From assembly GCF_001194135.2 (NCBI RefSeq), contig NC_068982.1:73400291-73433106 (forward strand): a stretch of 32,816 nt of DNA. The letters run 5' to 3'. Each line of letters begins with the position of its first letter. Positions within the stretch are counted from its first letter, which is position 1. This DNA comes from Octopus bimaculoides (lineage: Eukaryota). Position numbers and translations under genes: made by a program. The notes beneath the pieces are model-generated. The model made no database searches. It saw only the letters and a program-made list of their open reading frames with translations, and was not told the origin of the DNA. Shown in pieces: positions 10,812-22,603 of this stretch.

Positions 10812-11754
10812 GACAAACCGAGACAGACAAACTAAGAAAGGAAGGAATGAAAGAGAGCAAGATTCATTATTAGTTCTCTTTAGTTTTACCAGTTTTTAAT
10901 CAATTTATTAATTGATCTTTCTGTAATTCACACAGACTTTTAATTAAAGAACACATGCTATTGGGTTAAAACATTTTAATTATTTCTTTTTAATAGTTCT
11001 TTTTAATTTAATGTAAATCAAAACAGTGAGATACAAACTATTCTTAACCTCGTAACCATTGCACTTCATTATCAATATTTTAACACTGACTTGACTATTG
11101 TTTTTTTTATGCAGATTGTATGTCTAAGTTATTTATTCTCTGAAATATACATAAATCTACTCCAACCTGTGTACAAGCTTGTTTTTCTGCTAGGTACACA
11201 TTGCTTAGTGTTAATTCCAATCAACTAACCAACTAATCAGCCATTGTTCCTTGTTACTTTCAGAATCATAGGAACAAGGTTCTCAGACAAATTCTTGAAG
11301 GGTTNNNNNNNNNNNNNNNNNNNNNNNNNNNNNNNNNNNNNNNNNNNNNNNNNNNNNNNNNNNNNNNNNNNNNNNNNNNNNNNNNNNNNNNNNNNNNNNN
11401 NNNNNNNNNNNNNNNNNNNNNNNNNNNNNNNNNNNNNNNNNNNNNNNNNNNNNNNNNNNNNNNNNNNNNNNNNNNNNNNNNNNNNNNNNNNNNNNNNNNN
11501 NNNNNNNNNNNNNNNNNNNNNNNNNNNNNNNNNNNNNNNNNNNNNNNNNNNNNNNNNNNNNNNNNNNNNNNNNNNNCTGTGAGAAGCAACTGTCAGCGAA
11601 TGTTCTGGCTTGATCATCTCTGACCAAGATTAACTGGGGATATGAGTATTATAATGCAGCCATAGTATTTTGCTGTTTCCAGTCCATCTTCTCAAGATGC
11701 AACATCAATCATATGAATCACATCATGGAAAAATCACCTTCAGCAATTGCTGTG

Positions 11755-12050
11755 CATCTGATGACAATCATCGTCTTCATTGTCATCCACCACCACTACT
11801 GTCATTATCAGTCATCATCATCATTATCATTATCATCATTTCCATCATCATCATCAACAACATTCTCATCATTATAATGATCACCACCACTACCGCCACT
11901 GCTGCCACCACCATCATCATCATTAACTCACTGTCACCACCATCACCATGACCACTACAACAACCACCATCACTATTACCCACCACTAACACCATCACTA
12001 CAACCATTGCCACCAAAATTATTATCATCACAGCCATCATTGCCACCCTC
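11755..12050. repeat. Degenerate (CAT/CAC)n trinucleotide low-complexity tract
   Basis: Direct reading; it produces the poly-I/T and poly-M/V pseudo-ORFs. Confidence 0.9.
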
Positions 12051-12609
12051 AGATGTATCAAACTCTTGTTTTCCCAGATGTGGAGTGTGTGTCAAATGGG
12101 AGTTTCATTATGGCAAATGACCACTTATTTCTATTAGGCACCATCTCAAGAGGTTCAATTTTATGAGATCTGATGACACTATTTCCTCTCTTACATCATT
12201 TTCTAGTGTTTATGGGAGTGGTGAGGAGGAAGACAAGCTTCTGTGCAAGTTTTTGAAATTCCTAATTTAATAATCATTCATTTCTTTTTTTTTTATATGA
12301 TTTTCTCACAAACAAGCTTCAAGGCCACAGTTGTGTAAGGGACTACAAAGAAGATAAAGAAAAGACCCACATTTCATCATTCTACCTTTAAACTTCTCTG
12401 CATCATGATCTGAAATGCTTGATCTATCCATTGTTGATTGCTTCCATCATGGCTTGCTTATTGTGATGAACTACATCTATCAATATTATATTGGATCTCT
12501 GAGCACCCAGAAACAGCTGTTGGACTTATGACATCTTACTTCCTCCCCTTTAATTTTCTCTGTTATTTCTATTCTGTGTAAGTTGAGGGTTGTTTATGGG
12601 TAATAACAC

Positions 12610-12707
12610 CATCTTACATATGTTTCATTAACACGAGGTGGTAATTAGTTACATAATGCAGATTAAAAATTCTGTCATCAGCCTTTACTGTCAAATCGTC
12701 AGAAATG
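12610..12707 (-). ncRNA. Type I hammerhead ribozyme-like motif (HHR4)
   Basis: cattt-CTGACGA-tttgac-[~57 nt]-gttaat-GAAAC-atat-GTA^agatg. 5-bp stem I, 5-bp stem II after a U.U mismatch, palindromic CATATG. Confidence 0.55.
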
Positions 12708-12899
12708 TCTAATTATTAAACATGATATTGCTGGAGGGAAAAGATAACAGCAGTCACCATCTTGGAATGATGCTATATAGATATCAGAGGAAAAAAAATT
12801 AATTATCATATATGCAGGTATGGTTGGGTGGTTACAAAGCTTGCTTTACAACTGCATGTTGTAAAACAACTGTTTTTTTTTTCCATCCTTGTTTTCATA

Positions 12900-13160
12900 T
12901 ACATTCGCTGCTCTCTTCCAAGGAATGTAATGCTCTTAGCTTATTTTTTCCTTGTGGCTGGCCAGGTTGGAGCAATCTCGAGTATAACCAGCCGAAATTG
13001 CAAGGATAATCTGGGACTCGACTGAGGATGGAAAACTCTGAATGATCCGTCCTTGTTTTCCTTGTATCGTCTGTCTAGATATTTTGTTGTCCCATTTTTG
13101 TTTCACCTGGCTGTCTGGATATTTTGCGTTCTTGTCCCATTTTTGTATTTTATATATATA
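12900..13160 (+). repeat. Repeat of uncertain class, pseudo-LTR-like, ending in a TA tract
   Basis: Contains a ggctgg/ccagcc stem followed by GAAA and an internal direct repeat (gtct.gatattttg...gtcccatttttgt). Confidence 0.3.
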
Positions 13161-13169
13161 ATTATTTCG

Positions 13170-13589
13170 ACGGCTGGCACCCATGCCAACATCGTCTCCT
13201 TTATTGAACACAGAAACTTGGCTTGCAAAGACCTGTTGAGGCAAGCAAAAGCAAAATCGTGATGGTACTTGTGCCGGTGGCACATATAAAGAGATTCGAG
13301 CGAGATCATTGCCAGTGCTGCTGGACTGGCTCCCGTGCAGGTGGCACGTAAAAGACACCATTTCGAGCGTGGCCATTGCCAGTACCACCTGACTGGCCTT
13401 CGTGCCGGTGGCATGTAAAAGCACCCACTACACTTTAGGAGTGGTTGGTGTTAGGAAGGGCATCCAGCTGTAGAAACTCTTCCAAATCAGATTGGAGCCT
13501 GGTGTAGCCACCTGGTTTACCAGTCCTCAGTCAAATCGTCCAACCCATGCTAGCATGGAAAGCGGACGTTAAACGATGATGATGATGAT
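13170..13589 (+). mobile_element. RTE 3'UTR-derived non-autonomous tail element
   Basis: Shares gccagt..actggc sub-repeats, gagtggttgg.gttaggaagggcatccagctgtagaaac and the ccatgctagcatgg-(gat)n end with 9800-10239. Confidence 0.85.
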
Positions 13590-14018
13590 TTCAAGGATAT
13601 AAATATCACTTAAAGGGATGTCAGCATAAATGCACACATCTGAATTTAATGCTGAGTTTACAAATGATATATCAACACATTGGGATGTAGTTTCTTTTTC
13701 TATCAAGTTCTGACATGACGAAATGTTCAGTTAACTATATTCAATATGAATCTTTAATTCAATTTTTCTAATTTGAATTAATTGGGCATGGAAACGATTG
13801 TAAGATCTATGAGTTTGAGATTATTCGAAATTGGATTTGTTTCAATAAATTGATGTCTGCATATCAATTTCTCCATTTTCTTTTTCTTATATATATCATC
13901 ATCATCATTTACATTTTGGCATGTGCTGGATGGTTAGGACATGGCAACCCAGTGGACAGTGCCAAGCTCAACTATCTGCTCTCTCTCTCTCTCTTATATA
14001 TATATATTTATTTATATA

Positions 14019-14236
14019 CTCTTTACTCTTTTACTTGTTTCAGTCATTTGACTGCGGCCATGCTGGAGAACCGCCTTTAGTCGAGCAAATCGACCCCAGG
14101 ACTTATTCTTTGGAAGCCTAGTACTTAGTCTATCGGTCTCATTTGCCGAACCGCTAAGTTATGGGGACGTAAACACACCAGCATCGGTTGTCAAGCGATG
14201 TTGGGGGGACAAACACAGACACACAAACATATACAC

Positions 14237-14285
<49 letters not shown>

Positions 14286-14451
14286 TACGACGGGCTTCAT
14301 TCAGTTTCCGTCTACTAAATCCACTCACAAGGCTTTGGTCAGCCTGAGGCTATAGTAGAAGACACTTGCCCAAGGTGCCACGCAGTGGGACTGAACCCAG
14401 AACCATGTGGTTGGTAAGTAAGCTACTTATCACACAGCTACTCCCGTGCCT
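14019..14451 (-). mobile_element. tRNA-derived SINE family A, full length
   Basis: Near-identical to 3439-3846. Confidence 0.9.
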
Positions 14452-14459
14452 CCATATGT

Positions 14460-14698
14460 GTATATGTCTTTGTGTTTCTCCTCATCACTGCTTGACAACT
14501 GGCATTGGTTTGTTTATATCTCTGTAACTTAACTGTTCAGCAAAGGAGAGCAATGGAATATGTACTTGAATATATACCTGACATAAAAAAAAAATGCACA
14601 TAATTACTGGGGTTGATTTGGTTGACTAAAACCCTTCAGAGTGATGCAGTCCAATGACTTCAATGAGCAGAAGATAAAAAATAAAGACTATTTCAATG
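14460..14698 (+). mobile_element. SINE family A, degenerate 3' half
   Basis: cactgcttgacaactggcattggtttg...ggggttgatttggttgactaaa...aaaga tail. Confidence 0.65.
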
Positions 14699-14821
14699 TA
14701 CACCCATAAAAATCTACCCTTGAGACCCCAGCTAAGAAGATCTGAAGAAGGAATTGTAATTCCGAAATATCATCAGACTATAGATAACCAAATTACAACA
14801 AGTACATAGTCCATTTTTTTG

Positions 14822-15150
14822 TTCTTATTTCTTATTTCTTTATTGCCCACAAGGGGCTAAACATAGAGGGGACAAACAAGGACAGACAAAGGGATTAAGT
14901 CGATTATGTCGACCCCAGTGCGTAACTGGTACTTAATTTATCGACCCTGAAAGGATGAAAGGCAAAGTCGANNNNNNNNNNAAAGGGATTAAGTCGATTA
15001 TGTCGACCCCAGTGCGTAACTGGTACTTAATTTATCGACCCTGAAAGGATGAAAGGCAAAGTCGACCTCGGCAGAATTTGAACGTAACGGCAGACGAAAT
15101 ACCGCTAAGCATTTCGCCCGTCATGCTAACGATTCTGCCAGCTCATCACC
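14822..15150 (-). mobile_element. SINE family C (tRNA-like head, gcctttcatcctttc.gggtcgataaa central domain)
   Basis: Head ggtgatgagctggcagaatcgttagc. The central domain resembles the Meta-type conserved SINE domain (from memory, unverified). 84 bp is duplicated across a 10-N gap. Confidence 0.75.
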
Positions 15151-15925
15151 TTCTATAGTGCATTGTTGTACCATTCTAAACTTTTTATTCTTTACAAACA
15201 ATACACAATGCTTCAAGCGAACTACAATACTCTCTTAGTTAAAAAAATATGCAGCTTTCTGTATGCTATAAATAAAGTTGGTGGGGATCATGAATTATGG
15301 AGAATTTTGATTCTTGAAATTATTTCCCCTTCTGATTTAGATTTGGTCCCAGTTGACACCAACTGGGAGTGGTGATAATTTCAATAAATGAAAAATTTGT
15401 GTTGTATGTTATTTAATGTATCCTTTTGCCTCTTTGGTGTTTGAACACCTGCCACTGGCCTTCTTGAGTTCTTTCTCTTTGCTCATTTATGTTTCACTTG
15501 CAGACATACACATACATGCTCAAACACATTCCCCCACACATATAATCACCTACAGACTACTCCCAGTTGTAATTGTTGAGATCCTGAAGCTTGCCAACTT
15601 TACCAGGCATGTTACGATAAACTCCGTTATATATGAGGCTGAAATTACAGCTATGCTTCAAGGCAAATCAACTGAAGAAAAAAATATATCAGGTTATGTG
15701 AGGGTGACTTCAAGAGGCATTATACAAAAGATTGCTTTAAGATACATGCTTTGTTTTTTATAAATATGCCTGTTCAAGTATCATAATAGCATGAAACTGT
15801 TATTAGCTCTTTTGGTTGTGAATTTAAATTGATATTTATTTCTCACTGGATGGAGTATTGTTTTTATTTGTTGATTCTACTATTGGATCTTTAAACTATA
15901 TATATATATATGTGTGTGTGTGTGT

Positions 15926-16286
15926 GGAGGCGCAATGGCCCAGTGGTTAGGGCAGTGGACTCACGGTTTCGATTCCCAGACCGGGCATTGTTAGTGTTTA
16001 TTGAGTGAAAACACCTAAATCTCCACGAGGCTCCGGCAGGGGATGGTGGCGAACCCTGCTGTACTCTTTCACCACAACTTTCTCTCACTCTTACTTCCTG
16101 TTTCTGTTGTGCCTGTAATTCAAAAGGTCAGTCTTGTCACACTGTGTCACGCTGGATATCCCCGAGAACTACGTTAAGGGTACATGTGTCTGTGGAGTGC
16201 TCAGCCACTTGCATGTTAATTTCATGAGCAGGCTGTTCCGTTGATCGGATCAACCAAAACCCTCAACGTCGTAAGCGACGGAGTGC

Positions 16287-16295
<9 letters not shown>
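15926..16295 (+). mobile_element. tRNA-derived SINE family B
   Basis: A box tggcccagtgg at 15936-15946, B-box-like ggtttcgattccc at 15965-15977, terminal hairpin cgtcg-taag-cgacg at 16267-16280, acaacaa tail; lies within microsatellites. Confidence 0.85.
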
Positions 16296-16354
<59 letters not shown>

Positions 16355-16566
16355 AACATGAACAAGAATAGAAAATATCACATCTTTATTAGATGATTAC
16401 ACCATAGAAGTCCTTTCTATTGCACAAACATTTTAGATATAGTAAAAGTTACAAAATACAAATTGATCCGCATTGGATCAATTATAAAATCCAGTATATC
16501 TAAAATTTATGGGAACACAATGTTACCAAGACAACCCATAACATCTTTCAGTTCCATATTTTACAC

Positions 16567-16640
16567 CAGTGGTTCCAAAACTTTTTCGGCTGCTGGCCCC
16601 TTGACACCCAGGACACATTCCTAGCGCCCCGACCCTAACT
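16567..16640 (+). mobile_element. hAT (Charlie-like) terminus fragment
   Basis: cagtggttccaaaactttt resembles the CAGTGGTTCCCAAAC TIR; no partner end found. Confidence 0.45.
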
Positions 16641-18177
16641 CACCATCACAAACATAAACCTCTTTCTGAAGTAAATTCAAAGCAAGTTAACTTAATGAAC
16701 CCATTATTTTGTTGTTTTTACATGAATCGCTCCCCCATTACCACCCCACTTTTCTTCAATGCCCTCTTCGAACTTTCCAGAATAGCTAAGATTTTGAGAG
16801 CAAATCTACATTTTACAACATTGTCAAACAAGTTCTCGGCCCATTGTTTTAGCCCTTCTTAGGGATCAAGAGGAATGAACTGTCTCTTTTTATTTTAAGG
16901 CATTCATCGGTCAAAGCTGACAGGGAAGTAGAACACTATTTTCGGTTGACCTAATTATATTAGCAAGATTATAATTATGCAAGCAAATATCAATCAATCT
17001 CTGTTGGTAATTCAGTTCCTACCAATAAGCATGGCTATTTTCCTCACCTGAAGCATGTCCATTCACTACTATGAGAACGAAACAGTTACTCTATTTGCAT
17101 ATATTCTTTTTATTGTCTTTCTCTCTTTAGCGGTTACAAAGATGAAAATACTATCATACAGAATGGACTGGAAATCTACAAACAAACTGTGCACATGCAA
17201 ACAACTCGACGAAGTTGTATATTTCTTATAGATTGTAATGATTAATATTATAATCAACTTAATAAATGGCCATATCAATAATCAAGCAAATATTGTTCTT
17301 GATTTCTCTTATGTATCTTCATCATTAAAACTTCGTAGTTACACGCACGCACATACATTTCTGGGATATAATATTTGAACGTGAGTCTATTGCTTATGTT
17401 TATCGATTTATGTGTATGCGTGTATATACATGCTTGTATGTATTTAAGGACACGAAAGGATATATAAGCATATTGTATATACCCATAATGGCAATGGTAC
17501 AACAAGCTCATTATTATTATACACACACATTTGTAAGTTGTACGTATGCACGTATAAATGCATATATGTATGTATGTATGAATATATAAATGTATGTATG
17601 AATATATAAATGTATGTTATGTGTGTTTGTTTATTTGTCCGCCTGTCTGTGCGTCATATGTACGCGCGTTGCATGAGTGGGAAGAGGAGTTGAAGCGTGT
17701 GCACGCTTGTGTACACAAAAACACAGTCTCCTTCATCAACCGGCAAAACAAAGGTGTAAAAAAATTCATAAAAAAAAAAACAAAAAATAAAAGCCAACAG
17801 TATCCCCCTCGCTTCAAAAACAAAAAAGAAAAGCTAAAAAAAAAACCCAATAACAAAACAAAGATTCAATGCGATGAAAGATAAGGAAAACAAATCCTGA
17901 CGCCGGGTGTTTCGTTGTTATTCATGAGGAGAAAGAGACAAGGATTTGTTTCAACACCTGGTCCTAGTGAACAAAGGGTCGCGCCAATTGCAGTATTCTG
18001 TTTTTAATCCATTCCGCTTTCGCTTTCCCAACTCCTTCTCTTCTCTGTGTCTCTCTCTCACTCACAAGTAAAACACCTCTTTTTCATATCCACTCTTTTC
18101 TGTCTTACTAACTGTGTGAGTATATGTATATATATATGTAAGTATGTGAAAATATGATATATATATGTCTGTGTGTG

Positions 18178-18213
<36 letters not shown>

Positions 18214-18529
18214 TGTGTGTGTGTATACTCACACATATGTATGTATGTATGTATGTGTAGATATATATATATGCAACCTGTCCTCGTCTGTTGTTATTAT
18301 TTGTATATTCTCCCATATATATATATATGCATACGTATATGTATGTGATAAAGTGATAAACGCTATGCACCAAATTCTCGGCATTTGGTTCACTCTTTGT
18401 AACTTCAGTTAAAAAAAGATAATTAAAAAATCTGAACCAAACTGGAAAGATCCCTTTATGAAGGTTATATATACTTACAAATATGCATGCATACAAATAC
18501 ACACACACTCATACATACGTATATACATA

Positions 18530-18901
18530 CAGCTACTCCTCAACAAAGCTGCCCTTAAGGAAGTCAAGCGACATCGCCGTAATCTCTTAACAATATAGCT
18601 AGACTACAAGAAGGCGTTCGGCTCTGTGCCTCACTTATGGATGATAGAATCATTACACCTTGCCAAAATGCCAGCTGCTATTGTGAAAGCCATTGAAAGA
18701 CTGACCACAACGCGGCCCACATAGTTATCACTGACAACTACTAAAGCAAACAGAATTAAGCTATCAACAGGCATATTCCAGGCTGATAGTTTATCTGTAA
18801 TGTTGTTTGTACTGACAGGGAATCCCTTGTCAGCCCTGTTAACAAAATGCTACGGTTACATGCTGAGATTTGCAGAAAAGAATAAAATAAATGTCACCCA
18901 C
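18530..18901 (+). pseudogene. R4/Dong-clade non-LTR retrotransposon RT fragment (two in-frame stops)
   Basis: QLLLNK..KEVKRHRRNLLTI*LDYKKAFGSVPHLWM...GIFQADSLSVMLFVLTGNPLSALL...GY..VTH matches IDYKKAFDSVPH and GIFQGDSLSPLLF...NPLS of R4-type RTs. Confidence 0.8.
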
Positions 18902-18902
18902 A

Positions 18903-19236
18903 CAAGAGCTCGACCTTGCGAATAAAATTAATTTTGATGAAGTCATTCAAGATTTCACGAAGAGGAAGACGACGTAAAATCAATTTGTAAATCATTTATT
19001 TTAGTAATTCATTCATCTTCTTTTTTTTAACATATCTGTCCTATTATTTTTTGAGTATAAACATAATAAAAGTAAATTTGAGGGAAATAAACGGTTGATA
19101 CAGTTTGTCTTCTTATTTTGCATACATATATACCTGTATTATTCCGTTTTGGGCGTTTTGAAATGTAATTAGAACTTTTAAGAGGCGGCCCAATAAACAT
19201 CAGCCCCGGCCGGCACTTGTATTAGATACGCCACTG
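18903..19236 (+). mobile_element. hAT-Tip100/ZMYM1-like transposon 3' end
   Basis: ELDLANKINFDEVIQDFTKRK resembles the hAT C-terminus (xxFDDIIxxFAxxKARK); right TIR agatacgccactg at 19224-19236. Confidence 0.65.
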
Positions 19237-19374
19237 GGTACCGGGAAGATGTAGGCTTGCAGGGAAGCAATTTGGTTGTTCTGCGAGATGCGTCGCAGTC
19301 GGCAAAATTTTTTAGTAGATAGAACTGTATTATTGCCATTTGAAAGTTGGACTGCAGAGTTTCGATATATATAT

Positions 19375-19615
19375 AGAGAGAGTTGGCCATAAGTCACCCG
19401 ACAGTAAATCAAAATTCCATAAATACTTAATATTCAATTTTATTTATTCATTCCAATTTTGAATGTTTAATAATTGAATGCTGTGAGTTAAAATTGCCGT
19501 TTTTTTTTTCAACGTTTGTCTATTAGCGAAATCTTATATAAAATAATTTTTCGCTTTAATTTTGGAATTAAATGGGTTTTGATTTACTGTCAGGTGACTT
19601 TTGGCCAAGTATCAG
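19375..19615. mobile_element. Tc1/mariner-like MITE
   Basis: ~35-bp TIRs ttggccataagtcacccgacagtaaatcaaaa and ttttgatttactgtcaggtgacttttggccaa, flanked by TA tracts. Confidence 0.75.
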
Positions 19616-19643
<28 letters not shown>

Positions 19644-19647
<4 letters not shown>

Positions 19648-19780
19648 GCTGGGCGTAAGTCCGTTAATCGTTAATTAACGAAGTTGACATTTTCGTTTGA
19701 AAATCATTATCGGACTAATTAACTTCCGTTAACTCAAGTCTGTTAACCCCAAAATTTCATAAAAACCGGTAAACGTTTAA
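19644..19780. mobile_element. hAT-like terminus with GTTAA subterminal repeats
   Basis: cagagctgggc start next to (TA)n, followed by repeated gttaa/ttaac motifs. Confidence 0.4.
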
Positions 19781-21348
19781 AAGATTCCATTGTTTTCAGA
19801 TTGTCTTAGCATATTTAATATTGTACGCGTCATTCTTTCAACCCAGATATAACGCCACATATTATTATAAATAACTTGTAGGACCTTGTTTGGCCCAGCC
19901 TGGATTTGAAACCAAATCCCCCCGTTTGTTGCTTGCAAAGACAGCGGGTAATTTCTTTGTCCTGCCAAGAAGGAACAGTGATTGATGTGTTTCAACTTGA
20001 TCCATGACCTCTCTGAGGTGGATGTCAACAGAGAAAATATTGACTTCCATAAAGTTGAAAAAATAAATGGAAGGAAAAAAAGCTAGTAAATATTTCGGTG
20101 TGAACGCAAATAGCTGTTACGTGGTAGCATGGCATGCTAGAAATAGCAACCAAAGCTTTTCTTTTCTGGAAAAAGGAGCCGTTTACACCTGATTTCAATG
20201 TCACATTCGTTGGAAACATGCAAAATAACCCGGAATAGAAAAAAGACCCGAGAAACAAAACTCCCTTGGTGGGGAAACTTCGAGGTCCCGACTACCCTTC
20301 CCACCTTTCTTTTCAGAAAAAAAAAATGTGGCTTCCAGCGGGTTTGGAGGTCAGATGCGTTGAATGCATCCGAGAAAAAACTGTGGCAAAAATTATTCCA
20401 CACCGTGATACGAAATATTTACCGAAAAAATAAAATCTTGTACCGATTATACCTTATTTTAATTAATTCAAATTAATGTACCTCATCTTCAAAAGTGACA
20501 AACTTTTTGTCGGTTGCCATCTGGGTGGGATAATTTTAGTAACAAATCAAACAGGTAAGATGCATTAAGAATCTCAGTTTTAGTTTTATCCTAATGCTAT
20601 TGCTTTTGCACTTGTTAATTAAATTTACTTGCCTATCAAAATCAAATTTATTCAGCAAGATCAGCTAAAATTACATAACTATAAACCAGTAGTATATAAA
20701 GCACCCACTGACAAAATTTCAAATCTTTATGTAAAAAATTAACAAAGTTACAAACAAATATTGTGGACACCCCTCTTGAACCTGAATAATTCAAAATACT
20801 GTGAACAAATAAGCATTACATTTGACAGATTAATATGAACACTAAAGATGCTTTTAGGTGTGTTTCTTTTTTTTTTCTTACACACGATTGGGACTACACG
20901 TGTCCTACTTTGACATCATCATCCCATAAAATTTGTTGTGGGGAGAAAAATATCAATAGATGTGTGTGAGTGAGAAAGAAACGAGCAGGGTGGTTTCACC
21001 CGGCATTGTTGTTCACGCAGTGTTCTCTGTCCCTTGTGTGAAGCTTCCTATCTCGGACATAGGAGCATGCGAACAACAGCCAAACACCGCGCCGTTGGAA
21101 CTGTGAAACGCACAATTCTATACAAGGATTTTTGTATTTCTTTCATAAATTAAGGAATGGCTACTGACATTAAACTTAAAGATTATATAATGTGCAAGTA
21201 TAAAGAAAGAATTAAAGAAAAAAGGACACATATTGAATATTATCGATAATATCGAGTGAGAATAGGGGATGCTGCAGTTCCTATACATGATCCGCCACTG
21301 CTTGAAGCTGAATGAGAGAGTACCAAATTAAATGAATATATAACAATA

Positions 21349-21737
21349 CTCTTTTACTTGTTTCAGTCATTTGACTGTGGCCATGCTGGAGCACCGCCTT
21401 TAGTCGAGCAAATCGACCCCAGGACTTATTCTTTGGAAGCCTAGTACTTATTCTATCGGTCCCTTTTGCCGAACCGCTAAGTTACGGGAACATAAACACA
21501 CCAGCATCGGTTGTCAAGCGATGTTGGGGGTGGGGGACAAACACAGACACACAAACATATATATACATATATATGAGGGGCTTCTTTCAGTTTTCCGTCT
21601 ACCAAATCCACTCACAAGGCTTTGGTCGGCCCGAGATTATAGTAGAAGACACTTGCCCAAGGTGCCACGCAGTGGGAATGAACCCAGAACCATGTGGTTG
21701 GTAAGCAAGCTACTTACCACGCAGTCACTCCTGCGCC
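21349..21737 (-). mobile_element. tRNA-derived SINE family A, full length
   Basis: Near-identical to 3439-3846. Confidence 0.9.
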
Positions 21738-22603
21738 AATGTACAAATTCTCAGTGATGCAGCTTTTCTGTCTTTACTGACATCGACTTAGCCCTAAACC
21801 TTTCTTGAAGCCTTTCCTTATCAACAAATCGCAAAACGTGTGACAGCTAAGATTTCATTCGAAGGTCTGTAGTGTCACCAAACAAAACAACAACAGATAC
21901 TGGTTTTTTTTTTCGATCATTGGCACTTGTAACAGCTATACAATTAAATCGCTTCGTTTTGAATATCACTTGAAAGTGATATTCGTTTTCAATATCACTT
22001 CAAAGCTGAGAAAATATGTTCTTATACTGACAAACTAACAGACATGGGAAACAGAAAAATTTGTTCAGAATGGGTCATCTCGTCATTCACTCAGACTATT
22101 CATAATACTTTCAATCAAAATAACGATGACATTCCTTGCTGCCCACTTCGGTTTTGACTTTCAGCTTAAGCTTTGATTTCTCTTTTCCGAGAATGATAAT
22201 ATTCTTCTTATCTGTTTCAAAGTTGGGTAAAGTAGAGAGAAAACTGAACTAATCGACCCTTTTGCCATCCTAGGAGTGATTGAAAGCATGAGAAATTCTA
22301 CTGGGCTATAATCTTTTTAAATGAATCGAAGCTTTATGCTAATAGATAATTTAGGTTCTAGATTACTTTTTTACTTAACCTTTCTTAACTTTAAATATTT
22401 AAAATTAAATTTTAAAACATTGGCATGAACGAATGGATTAAAACTTTACTTTTTAATTACCCAATACACACACATAAAAATTGTCGATTTCTTCTATTCG
22501 CTCTATGTGCGAAATATTCATGAAAACTCTGGGGTCACATAACTGAATTCTGGTCTTAAGAAGGGATCAAAAATATTCTCTCCATTTGTTAAATCTTCTT
22601 AGA

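Noticed and set aside
6261-11627. Long ORFs in the track containing X runs
   Set aside because: They are open only because they cross N gaps (6417-6538, 8602-8904, 10254-10772, 11305-11576).
11670-12061. Poly-Ile/Thr and poly-Met/Val ORFs
   Set aside because: Translation of a CAT/CAC simple repeat.
14888-15065. 84-bp direct duplication inside the SINE
   Set aside because: Identical copies flank exactly 10 Ns; typical scaffold overlap artefact.
15926-15980. tRNA gene
   Set aside because: Lacks the anticodon arm and acceptor stem and continues into a SINE body; the other tRNA-like heads are also SINEs.
17895-17935. HHR-like GAAAC...GTC on the minus strand
   Set aside because: The core is CTCATGA, there is no stem II and stem I does not pair.
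19777-20476. Overlapping short ORFs next to the hAT-like end
   Set aside because: No transposase motifs recognised in any frame.
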